From Eledone cirrhosa (taxonomy: Eukaryota): a stretch of 64,000 nt of DNA. Positions 52,451 to 64,000 of the stretch are shown here, piece after piece. The DNA lies in the NCBI GenBank assembly GCA_964016885.1, contig OZ024740.1, forward strand, positions 91,884,001 through 91,948,000, given 5' to 3'. A program made the position numbers and the translations under genes. The notes below the pieces were generated by a model. It did not search any database and was not told the origin of the DNA. It was given only the letters and a program-made list of their open reading frames with translations. How positions within the stretch are numbered: the stretch's first letter is position 1; each line of letters begins with the position of its first letter.

Positions 52451-55400
52451 GCTTTTATCTTGCTTTATATTCATACGCGTTATCACCAATGCACAACCAA
52501 GTCACAAACTCAAGAGACAACACGGTGCGCCAGTTTGAAGAGAGAACATACATACACACCCATGCATCTTTAGGTCTTTAGACTTGTGATGTACTTATAT
52601 TGACAGAATCTTCCTTAGTATATGGGCAGTTCCCATTAGTACTATCTTTTGTATTTCCCCTATACGCGGGTTTCCTGGGATTTGCGATAAGTAGTCGTTA
52701 GACCCCTTAGGTATCATTCCTAGAGCGCCCACAACCACTGGTATTGTTTAGTTCTCAACTTCCACATTTTTCCAATTTCTATCTCCAGGTCTTTATGCTT
52801 GCTCAATTTTTCAAATGTTTGTTTAGATACATTATTTTCTATTGTGGAGTTTAATTTTGCCTTTCACCCATACGGGGTCGATAAAATAAGGTGCCAGTAA
52901 TGTACTGGGTAATTTCTGGCCTTGTGCCAAATGTAGAAACAATTATTTTCTATTGTCTGTGTTTCTCATTTCAGCAGTAAATGCAACTTCTGAAATGTGT
53001 AGTTCATTACTGTATATTTGTACATATTTTGTAATGGCGTACGATCTTTTGATGCTTTCATGTTTCAAAACGAGTTTGATCATCTAATCATGTGATGCCA
53101 TTAGATATGTAGATAATCCAATTGTTGCAGTTTTCAGAGCAATATTAACTCGATTAATCCACGTCCTCCTTCTTTCCTAGGCAAATGTATCGTATCTGTA
53201 TCTGTCTTAGGGTGATGTAATCTGTGCATGGTTAAGAATGTTTTGTGTATCGAGCCTACGGATCTCTGTGCTCCACCAGTTGATGACATTGAAATTGTAG
53301 GTTACTACTGGTATGGCAAGCGTGTTTATGTCATCGATTCTATTCCTTGCCTTCAATTCTGTTCTTAAGATTGCTCTAACTCTTCGGTAACATTCCTTCC
53401 TTATCCTTTCCCTCATTGTCGAGTGCTTGATTCCGTCTCCTTCACAAACACCTAGATATTTGTATCTTTCCTCTTGATCAAGTTCTCTAATCACATTCCC
53501 CCGATCAAGATTAATGTCTGATCTCTTCAGCAGCTTTCCTCTGGTGAACGTTGCTTTGGCGCATTTATCTAGTCCAAACTCCATTTTAATGTCATCACTG
53601 ACCTGCTCCACAGTGGATAATAGCCCTTGCAATTGATCATCATTTTTTGCAAATAGTTTCAGGTCATCCATGTAGAACAAGTGATTAATGGTTTTGTCAT
53701 AGACTTTATATCCATGCTTTATTCATTGAGCATTTTACTTAATGGTATAAGTGCGATGCAGAATAAAAGAGGTGATAAAGAGTCACCCTAAAAATTCGAC
53801 AATTAATATTAACTTCTCCAGCTTCCAGTGATTTTGTTTCACTATTCAAAAGGAGTGTCGTTTTCCATGACTTCATACTGAATGACAAAAACCTCCTGAC
53901 AACGGGATATATTTTGAAACATTTTTCAATCCAACTGTGTGGCAAACTATCGAAAGCTTTTTTATAATCTATCCAAGCAATTGATAGATTTGATAGGTCA
54001 TTTGTTATCAGGTGGTCATATGTATATTCAGTTAGGATGATGTTAACATTTTATACATTGTCGTCAAGCAAGTTATCGGTCTGTAATTTTGGGGATTGTT
54101 TGTCTAATCATTCTTCGAAGCAGGAATGTAATGCCGTTAACTAGCCATGATGGTATCTTTTCTGGCTCCTTAACTATTTCATTGTAAAGTTTGGCTGACA
54201 GCTCATGAGACTCTTGAAGGCATTTATCAAAAAAATGTGTATTTTGTCTTTTCCTGGGGATTTCCATTTGCTTGTTTTTCTTAGAGCCAAACGCAACTGT
54301 TCAACTGTTATATTTTCCCATGTTTGTTCCTCAAGGTGAGCTGTATCTTTCATTTGTCTGTCTATCCATGGGGCATGTATATTATGAACTTTTTCTTCGG
54401 CCCAGATTGTTTCCCAGAATCCTTGCACTTCCTCCTTGGGTGGTATTGATTTAGCAGTTATTGTTGACTTACCAATTTTTCTGTAGAAGTTTCTTTGGTT
54501 GTTTTTGAACATATTATTGTCCTTATAGAATCTAGATCGTTTTTCAAAGCGCCTTATACGAGCAGGTTTGGCCGACACTTTTTGCTTGAATATTTCTATC
54601 AGCATGTCTATGTCACTTGTTGATTTTATACTGTACTTTCTTATCAATTTTCTAAGTTTAATTTGTTTAACATGTTCACCTACTTTATAGTTTGTTAACA
54701 TTTCTATGTGAGATCGGAAAAGATTTATTTGGCGATTGATGTTCTCTTGCCAAATAGATTTTTTGTGGGAATTCCTTTGTTTTTTCATCTTCACTCCACA
54801 TAAGTGAGTGGTGACTTTACCCGATGCATAATGGAGATGATTTAAATCAGTAATGTTTAGTTTGTTTGTGATGATAATGTTTTTGAGAATTATGTTAGTC
54901 TTGTGTATTATCTTTTGGTTCTGTTTGGGAGGGTGTCTCGTTCCCCCATGTCAGATTCTTTCATTTTCATCCATTCGATCATAATTTCATATTTCAAGTT
55001 GGCAAGTTCATTCTCATTCATTTCTTTATCATTTACGATCTCATTGTTTTCATTTGGAGTTTCATCTTGAGCATGCACTCCCTCTACTTTTTCGATCCTT
55101 TCTTTAATTTGTTCTGTTGTCAGTGATTCCGCCTCAACCCTCGGATTTGAAGTGTTACAATTTACCTCGTTTTCACTGACACATGTTTCATTTTCCCTTC
55201 GCTGACTTTGTGCTAATAGCTTGATCTGATCAATTTCTATATCAGTTAGTAACTTTTTGTTTACAATATTTTTTCGTATATTGGCTAGTTTGTTACTGTC
55301 AATATAGCCTCTGTCTTCGGGATGTTTCTCTTTCCAGTTGATATATGTCTGTTCTGTATTCGATGTATTTGATGGGTAGTACATGGCAGTGTAGAAAGCC

Positions 55401-55810
55401 TCAAGGACTTCTTTATTATCTTCCCTTGACCATTTTTCTCTCTTTTTCTTTGGATTTCTTGGTGGTGAGCATGGAGGGCCAACAGTAGGAGTATTCCGGT
55501 TATGGGAGGTCACCAGCTCCGAAGTGATGGGAATGTTTGAACCATTAGCTGATTTTTCGACCCCAGTCTGGTTCTTCTCTGAGGGACGAGGCCCTTTTTT
55601 ACCCGGGTGACGGCCGATCCGGTATGAGATTTTATCATTAGACATTTACTTTATTTTGTCGCGTTTCATCCTTATCCGCCAAGGGGTAATCATTTCGTGT
55701 TACCACTTCTAGAACGAGTGTCAACCAAGATTAGAGGGGTCATTCTCCCCTAGAGACATGGCTATTCCCCGTCGGCCGCCATCCCGGTATTTCTTGGTCA
55801 CGGGGTTTTA
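52451..55810 (-). mobile_element. Family B copy B2, degraded, with internal deletions and a SINE insertion
   Basis: ORF pieces from 55645 collinear with B1; same 5' UTR and 3' UTR. Confidence 0.9.
52846..52941 (+). mobile_element. 5'-truncated SINE in B2 with 15-bp target-site duplication
   Basis: attattttctattgt at 52831-52845 and 52942-52956 flanks the SINE core and 3' end. Confidence 0.82.
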
Positions 55811-56849
55811 TTTTGTGTTGTTTTTTTAAATTGTTATTATCATGAGTGGTTCCTTAATGTGAGCCTTGCGTGGCTTAAGAATGAAAATAATTGTCTCCAC
55901 TCCAGGCACAAGGCCAGCAATCACCCAGTGCATTACAATAATATAATATACTTTTTGCTGAAGTTGCCTGTTATTGTTGTTGGCTATGTCGGTGGAGGTG
56001 CTGGGGCTTTTTATATTGTTGGTGAGGAAGGGGGAACCAGCAGTGCCATAGTTGTTGTGTTTGGCAGGTGGCCAGGTCACTAAGTCAATCTATTTATATA
56101 TTTTGCTAGCTTCTCCCTTGTCTAGTGACACCGCCACCTTCCCCTTTCTTAAGTTAACAGGGGAATAGTGGTGGTAGCAATGAAGGAGTGGTGGCGGCGA
56201 TGATGGGGTAGTGGTAGCAATGATGGATGGAGTGGTGGCGGCGGTGGCGTTGTCGTTACTGAGTTTTTTTTTATATGTAGTATCTATGCGTTTGTGTCGC
56301 GTATGTTTAATATCTGTGTTTGATAGACTAGTTTTGTTTGATCTGTAGTATCTATGCGTTTGTGCCGCGTATGATTAATATATGCGTTGAGATATTCCTG
56401 TAAAATTGGAATTAAACATTTTGTTAAAACTTGAGACAATAATAATAGTAATTATTATTATGATACTGGGATTGGTGGTGGTGGTGAAATTGCCATTATC
56501 TGGTTGTAATATTTAGTGTACACAGCGGGGTGATGGGGGTAGGTGGTGTATCAAGTTTCTGGTGTTGGTGAAATTGCTGTTATTTGGCTGTTCTATATAG
56601 TGTAGACAGAGGGAGTTTTCTTCCATTTATAACCATTTTCTTTTTTGAATATAAAATATATAATACAAAATTGAATATTTGAGCGATATAACAATATATT
56701 ATGGATCCGAAACTTCATGAGATTTGATTCTGTGGTTTATGCATTATTTGTACTAAGAATTGTTATTTCACACTTGATTTAAATATGTTAAAAATCAAAA
56801 TCTTACGGGAGCGATTTCATGACTTTCTACCAACCCGTGCGTCTTCTTC
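55811..56849 (-). repeat. Spacer/leader (X, Y, ACC tract, SINE remnant) upstream of B2
   Basis: Inverted matches to 19294-19695, 9005-9065 and 4580-4990. Confidence 0.75.
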
Positions 56850-56888
56850 ATTATTATTATTATTATTATCATTATTATTGTTATTACT

Positions 56889-59800
56889 CCTTGAGTCTCA
56901 GTCATTGATGTTAGTTAACTGCAAAGTTTGTTGGAATGAATGTCAAGCCACTACCTGCAGCCTCAGATAGTCAGGACGTATCGGAGGGTATTGCTGTTCC
57001 CAGCAAGCATGCCTTTTGAAGCGTTCCAAAAAGCGTGAAGGGGCCGATTTTCTTTAACCATCCCTGGAAACTTTTGGAGATAGTCTCCAGTGCGCCTATG
57101 ACAATCGAGATCACTTTGACTTCATAGCAGTTCCAAATCCTTTTTACCTCCCACTTTAAGTCCTGTTATCGGTTAATTTTCTCCCTCTCCTTCTCTTGCA
57201 CACTCGTGTCGAATGGACAGGCCACATCCACAATCAGGCACGATCTTTATCCTTTGTCCACAACCACCAGGTCAGGTCTATTGTGTTCCAGTTTCTTGTC
57301 CGTCTGTATCCTAAAATCCCACAGTACCTTCACCTGATCGTTCTCTATCACCGCCTCTGGCTTATGCCATATATGGTGTTTCAACCACTTCGTTTTGAGG
57401 GCCTGCTCCTGCGCAGCCATTAACATTCCTTCTGTAGCCTTTTCAAGGTCTCCTCTTCTCAACCAGTTCCATGTATGGGGATCTCTAAATTCAGTTTTCT
57501 CAGAGAAGGTACTATGAAGGGATTTTTCCTGAAGGCTGCTCTTTCTCCTTGATGTTATTTCCTCCTTGGACATCCCCTGGCCTATTGTCCCCTCCTTCAG
57601 TACAGTTCTGAGCATTGGCTCCTTACTATCAGTCACGTATTTGTGTAGGTTGTATTTCTCCATCTGAACACAGTCCTCTATGCTGATAAGACCTCTTCCA
57701 CCCTCAGATCTCCTTAAGTAGAGTCTATCGACATCACTCCTCTTGTGGAACATGTTGTAGATAGTCAATAGCTTCCTAGTCTTCCTATCCATTTCTTTTT
57801 GTTCAGCAACATTCCATCTCAGAATTCCCGCACTGTACCTAATAATAGACACAGCTCGGGAATTTACTGCGCTTATGGCATTTCTGCTGTTCAGATGTGA
57901 CTTCAATACGCTCCTTACTCTCCGAATGTATTCCGTTCTTAACAATTCCTTCATTTTTTGGTTACTTATGCCATCAGCCTCCAGAACGCCCAAATACTTG
58001 TATCCTACCTCAGAGTAAATTTCCTTTATCATCTCACATGTTGGTCTCTGGATTCCGTTACTTCTGCTCAACCTACCCCTCCTCATCACAATGACTCCAC
58101 ACTTACTAATACCAAATTGCATACATATATCATTGCTGATAATACGGACAGTGTCAACAAGCACATCCAACTCCTTCTCACTCTTCCCGAAGAGCTTAAG
58201 ATCGTCTATGAAGAGGAGGTGATTCATGGTAAACCCTCCCTTTCCCAACCCGTATCCTGCTCTCACTTTGAGCAGTACACTGGTCAGGGTCATCAGGGCA
58301 AGGACAAACAACAGAGGGGACAGGCTATCTCCCTGGAAGATACCTCTCTTGATCTTCATACTTCCCAAGGATTCTCCAGTTGATGTCAACTCTGTTTCCC
58401 AGGACCTCATACACTTGCCCAACAACTGTCTTATGTTATCTGCCACCTTGAAGATCTCCAGGCTTTTGGTGATCCAAGAATGAGGCACCATGTCAAATGC
58501 CATTCTGTAGTCTATCCATCCCATGGCAAGATCAGTGTGTCTCCTCCTGCAATTCCCCATTACCATCTTATCAATAAGTTACTGGTCCTTTGTACCACGT
58601 GACTTGTTTCGGCATCCTTTCTGTTCGTCCGGTAACAAGTTGTTTGTGTGGAGGTGATGGTAGATTTTCTAAGACACAACGTTCGTCAACAGTTTCCACA
58701 TTACGGACAGACATGTGATAGGTCTATGATTGATAACAGCATTACCCGTGATTCGGTCTTTCATTATCAGAACTGTGGTACCTTTTGTCAACCACTCTGG
58801 TACCTCACCTGACATCAAGTAGTCATTGAACATGGTTGTCAGTTTCGGTTGGAGGGATGTTATATTTTTAATCCAATACCCCTGCACACCATCTGGGCCT
58901 GGTGATTTCCAGTTGTTTAGTTTTTTGGTCTGCCCCTTAAGTGTTTCAACTGTGATACTCAAATCAGTTTGTTGGTGTGCTTTCTAACCGATCTCCCTCC
59001 TTACTGTCTCAATCCACCCTGCCTGGTCATTATGTCTAACATCCTGCTCCCATATTCCTCTCCAGAATGTTTTAGTTTGTTCCGGCTCAGGGATCAAGTC
59101 GTTGCCTCTGTCTTTCCCCTCAAGGTGTCCAAACAGCATCTTCTGGTTGTTGTCGAACATGCGCTTCTATTTATACTGACTGACTCTGTTCTCGTATCGC
59201 CTGATTTTTGCACTCTTTGCTACAATGCGTTGCTTCAGTTCCTCTATGATAATATTTAGCTTTTTCCTCCTAGTTTTGTACTTTATTTCCAGTCTATTTT
59301 TAGTGCCTATGGTTTTTAGTATCCCATTCATTAGTGACTCAAGCTTTCCAAAGTCATTTCTCATTTCCCTGATTTGGCCACTCAGTCGTTTCTTCCACCA
59401 AGGCTCTGCTCATTCTTGTCTGTTGTTTCCTCTCGCTTTTATACCAAGTAGTTTCTTCACCGTATTTGCTGTTGCTTTGAGGATATTATTGCACTGGTGA
59501 AGGCTCCTCGCCTCAAGGTATGGGATGACTTTGTTTACCTTAGCTGTTGTTTATTTTAACTTTTTCCTGTCTACAAATCTTAGGTTCATAGGTCTCCCAC
59601 TATCATTGTTCAATTCATCTACCACTAAATTTAGGATGTCAACCGAATCTTGTCCTTGACCGTCAGCATTCATCTCCTCAGTGGCCGTATCTCTGTTGCA
59701 GGTATTATTTATCCCAGTATTTAGATCATTGTCTGCTTCGGGTGGTTCCTCCGTTTTCTCGACCTCTTCACCTTCATTTCCCACTGGCTCGTTTGCCTGG

Positions 59801-60560
59801 CATACTCCACCCTCCATCTCCAAGCTAATCTCTCTGCTCAGTTCCTCCAGTTCCAGCTCGCTTATCCACCCATTAGTTCTTATTACCCGAGCCTGCCCGG
59901 CCAATTTTTGTTCATCTAATTTAAATAGACCAATCTCGTTCCAGATGTTATGCATCCGTCTCATATAGCCCCTCTCCTTGGGGTTACTTTTCAGGTAACA
60001 TTGCATAACAGTTCTATTCAATTCTTTCGTCCAGTTGGTTCTGGTCCCTTTCCTTCTTCTTCTTCCTCCGACACCAGCAGTATTTGGTTGACAGCCAGGT
60101 TCCTGCTGCTGAGCCAGGGGGCACCTGTTGGGTGAGAGTCTGTCACATAACGTTCTAGTCTCCATTTGACCGTTATTCGAACTGTTTAGTATCGATATTT
60201 AAACACTCTTATCGAGGATTGGCGAATGTATGGTTACATAACCATCTGTGGATTCACCGTCTCCGGTGGTTGCGCCGCTCCACTTGGCTCTTGTGTGGCA
60301 TTATCACCACGCTGTAGACGAACACAAATAAACAAACAAACAAACAGGCAGAAAAACCTCAAAAATGAATAAGCATAAGTTTCATTGTAATGTAGTGTTC
60401 GAATGTCTGACTTAGTTTTTCCCTTCTCTTCTCTGTCCGTCCGCTTGTTTCTCTCTTCAATCTTAATTACTTTACGTTTTTTTTTTGTTTTTGTTTTTCT
60501 CTGTTTGTTTTTCTCTTTTTTGTTGTTGTTGCTGTGCTGCTTTGGTTTTGATGTTTGTTT
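56889..60560 (-). mobile_element. Family A copy A4, pseudogenised, zinc-finger region deleted
   Basis: ORF pieces 60165-56965 collinear with A1; TAA tracts at both ends (56850-56888 and 60569-60593). Confidence 0.92.
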
Positions 60561-60593
60561 ATTATTCGATTATTATTATTATTATTATTATTA

Positions 60594-62985
60594 GCATTTA
60601 TCTTGCTTTATGTTCATACGAGTTATCACCAAGTCACAACCAGTGACCTCCAGAGACAACAAGGTCCGCTATGTTCAAGAAAGAACATACATATTCACAC
60701 ATGCATCCTTAGTGTCTAGACTTGTGATGTACTCTTATTGACAGGATCTTCCTTAGTATATGGGCAGTTCCCATTAGTACTATCTTTTGTATTTCTCCTA
60801 TACGCGGGTTTCCTGGGATTTGCGATAAGTAATCATTAGACCCCTTAGGTATCATTCCCAGAGCGCCTACAACCTCTGGTATTGTTTTAGTTCTCAATTT
60901 CCACATTTTTCCAATTTCTATCTCCAGGTCCTTATACTTGCTCAATTTTTCAAATGTTTTTATAGATACATTCTTGTCTATTGGAACAGACATATCAATT
61001 AGCAGGCATACCCTCTTTTGAAAGTCCTTCAATATTATATCAGTTCTATTTGCATCTATTTTTCGGTCTGTTTGGATGCTAAAGTTCCACAAGATTGAGA
61101 TGTGATCTTTTTCAAGTATGGGAGGTGGTTGATGCTCCCACCAATTCTTTTGATGGGGCAGGTAAAAATGCTTACACATTATCCAATGTATGTATTGTGC
61201 AGCTCTGTCATGCCTGTTTAGGTATTGTGTTGGAGCTATAGGACTGCACATTGAAATTATATGGTCAATGGTCTCTGGTTGTTTTTTGCATACACGGCAT
61301 AATGGTCTGCACCCATTTTTTTATTATGTTGGCTTGGTAATTTTTTGTTGGCAGACACTGATCTTGTTCCGATATAATCAGTCCTTCAGTCTCCGATTTC
61401 AGTCCAGAGGATGCCAACCACTGATGGGTTAAAGTTTTGTCAACATCAGGATTGTTAGCTCGCTCTGGGTATTTTCCATACAGAGGCTTTTCTGCCATTT
61501 CTTAGCCAGTTTCTGTAGCAGTTCTTTCTTTGCAGTTACTTTTACCTGCTTTGCTTTTTCTGTGTTTTCCATTTCAGCAGTAAATGGGACTTCTGAAATT
61601 TGTAGTCCATTACTGTATCTTTGTGCATCTTTTGTAATGGAATATGATCTTTTGGTGCTTTCGTGTTTCAAAACGAGTTTGATCATCCAATCATGTGATT
61701 CCCTTAGATATGTGGACAATCCAATTGTTGCAGTTTTCAACGCAATGTCTAACTGGATTAACCCACGTCCTCCTTCTTTCCTAGGGAGATATATTCTATC
61801 TATGTCTGCCTTAGGGTGATGCATTCTGTGCATGGTTAAGAATTTTCGGATTTTTGTATCGAGCCTACGGATCTCTGTGCTTGACCAGTTGATGACATTG
61901 TAACTGTAGGTTACTACTGTTCTGGCAAGCGTGTTTATGGCATCGATCCTATTCCTTGCATTCAATTCCGTTCTTAAGATTGCTCTGACTCTGCGGTAAC
62001 ATTCCTTCCTTATCCGTTCCCTCATTGTCGAGTGCTTGATTCCGTCTCCTTCACAAACACCTAGATATTTGTAAGTTTTTTCTTGATCAAGTTCTCTTAT
62101 TACGATCCCCCGATCAAGATTAATGTCTGAACTCTTCAGCAGCTTTCCTCTGGTGGACGTTGCTTTGGCGCATTTATCCAGTCCAAACTCCATTTTAATG
62201 TCATCACTGAACTGTTTCACAGTGGACAATAGCCCTTGCAATTGTTCATCATTTTTTGCAAATAGTTTCAGGTCATCCATGTAGAACAGGTGATTAATGG
62301 TTTTGTCATAGACTCTATATCCATGTTTTGTTTCATTGAGCATTTTACTTAATGGTATAAGTGCGATGCAGAATAAAAGCGGTGATAAAGAGTCACCTGA
62401 AAAATTCCACAATTAATATTAACTTCTCCAGCTTCCAGTCATTTTGTTTCACTATTCAAAAGGAGTGTCGTTCTCCATGTCTTCATACTCAATGACAAAA
62501 TCCTCCTGACTACGGGGGATATTTTGAAAATCTCTAGACATTTTTCAATCCAACTGTGTGGTAAACTATCGAATGCTTTTTTATAATCTATCCAAGCAAT
62601 CGATAGATGTTTGTGTCTATTATGACAATCTTCCAGTATCATTTTGTTAACCAGAAGCTGATCCTTACAGCCATATGAGCCTCGTTTACACCTTTCTGCT
62701 CAATGGGAAATAGGTAATTTGTTATCAGGTGGTCATATGTGTATTCAGTTAGGACTGATGTTAAAATTGTATACATTGTGGTCAAGCAGGTTATCGTTCT
62801 TTAATTTTTGGGATTGTTTGTCTCATCATTCTTCGGAAGCAGGAATGTAATGCCGTTAACTAGTCATGATGTTATATTTTCTGGCTCCTTAACTATTTCA
62901 TTGTAAAGTTGGGCTAACAGCTCTTGAGACTCTGTGAAGGCATTTATCCAAAAGTTTTGTATTTTGTCTTTTCCTGGGGATTTCC
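60594..62985 (-). mobile_element. Family B copy B3, 5'-truncated
   Basis: Begins at WKSPGKD directly after (TAA)n 62986-63016; RT, CCHC and RLE pieces; family B 3' UTR. Confidence 0.9.
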
Positions 62986-62986
62986 A

Positions 62987-63017
<31 letters not shown>

Positions 63018-63944
63018 TAGAGAACAGAGTCCTCAAACATGACTTTCAGTGGACCCTTTCACATGCAGCAAAAGAAAGCTTCTTAATGTGGGACCTGTTC
63101 ACAGCAGTATCACTCCACTAAACTAGTGGGAATATGCTATCGGTGTAAATAAGTATGCTTTCAAATCGTAGCTTGGAAATATGTACTCCTTTGTCCAATT
63201 GCGGTGCTAGCTGTCGCAAATGTTTGAAGCAAAGACAGTAAAAGTATCCACATAAGGCATGTCAATATTTTCGCGTTAATTTGGTATTTGGATTGAGATC
63301 CACAAGAAAATAATTCTGGCACACCAAACCCCGTCTTCGTAATAAACGTCCCTGTCTAAGGCTATCTGGACAACTTCAAGTTTACATCCCTATTCAGAGT
63401 GCTGCCACGTCGCAAGTTGTAGAGAATACGTTGCTGATCTTCTTAAACCATTCATAGAAATATCTGAGGTTCATGAGTTGCATAGGTTAGCTATTAATTT
63501 CCTGTCAATGACCGAGGTCACCAGAGCAATTTAAGACCTCAAATGTGGCAAGGAAACCAAGAGGGTGAAATTTGACCGGATATTTTGAAAGCTTCCAATA
63601 AAGAAGATATTCTCTGCCTAGGTCTTGTGTGTTAGATTGACTTGATCACTGGAAAGGAACCTAAGTATTAACGATAAGGAATAATAATTTTCAAAACAGC
63701 ATACAAAAGAGATTGCACTAATTATAGAGGGCTCTCATCGTTATGCATCCTTAGGAAACACTCTATTTCCTGTCTTCCAATGAGACGTATGATTATTGTC
63801 GACTTCAAGCTAACTGACGAATAGTGTGTTTTTTGCCTCAAACCGATCACCAAATATTTCCCCACTCATTGTTTTAAATATTTGTTTTTATTAACATATG
63901 TAATCGATTTTCTTTTACTAGCTATCAAATAATTGTTTGTAATT

Positions 63945-64000
63945 TTGTCAGAAGGTCAGCAATAACCCTGTACATTACTGTTACTTTATTTTATCGACCC
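63945..64000 (-). mobile_element. SINE 3' portion, cut by the window edge
   Basis: ctttattttatcgaccc matches 23898-23914. Confidence 0.65.

Noticed and set aside
63392-63450. FRVLPRR..VVENT resembling an IS5-type transposase C-terminal motif
   Set aside because: Needs a frameshift, has no surrounding ORF or DDE context; probably chance.

Overview
Eukaryotic, gene-free window made almost entirely of non-LTR retrotransposons joined by (TAA/TTA)n microsatellites. Two unrelated classes alternate. (i) Single-ORF RT plus restriction-like-endonuclease elements of R4/Dong type: family A (5 copies), family B (3 copies) and one old relic. A and B copies end in (TAA)n on their sense strand. (ii) Two-ORF APE-RT elements of L1/Tx1 type: 5 long copies plus fragments, ending in (ATT)n and also starting next to (TTA)n, so they lie antiparallel to the R4/Dong copies. 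A tRNA-derived SINE with an (ATT)n tail is interspersed; from recall it resembles octopod SINEs, so a cephalopod host is a guess. Polarity flips around an AT-rich island at about 37.3-41.5 kb: R4 on + and Tx1 on - to the left, the reverse to the right. No copy is fully intact and no host gene was recognised. Element boundaries were read by eye and are approximate.
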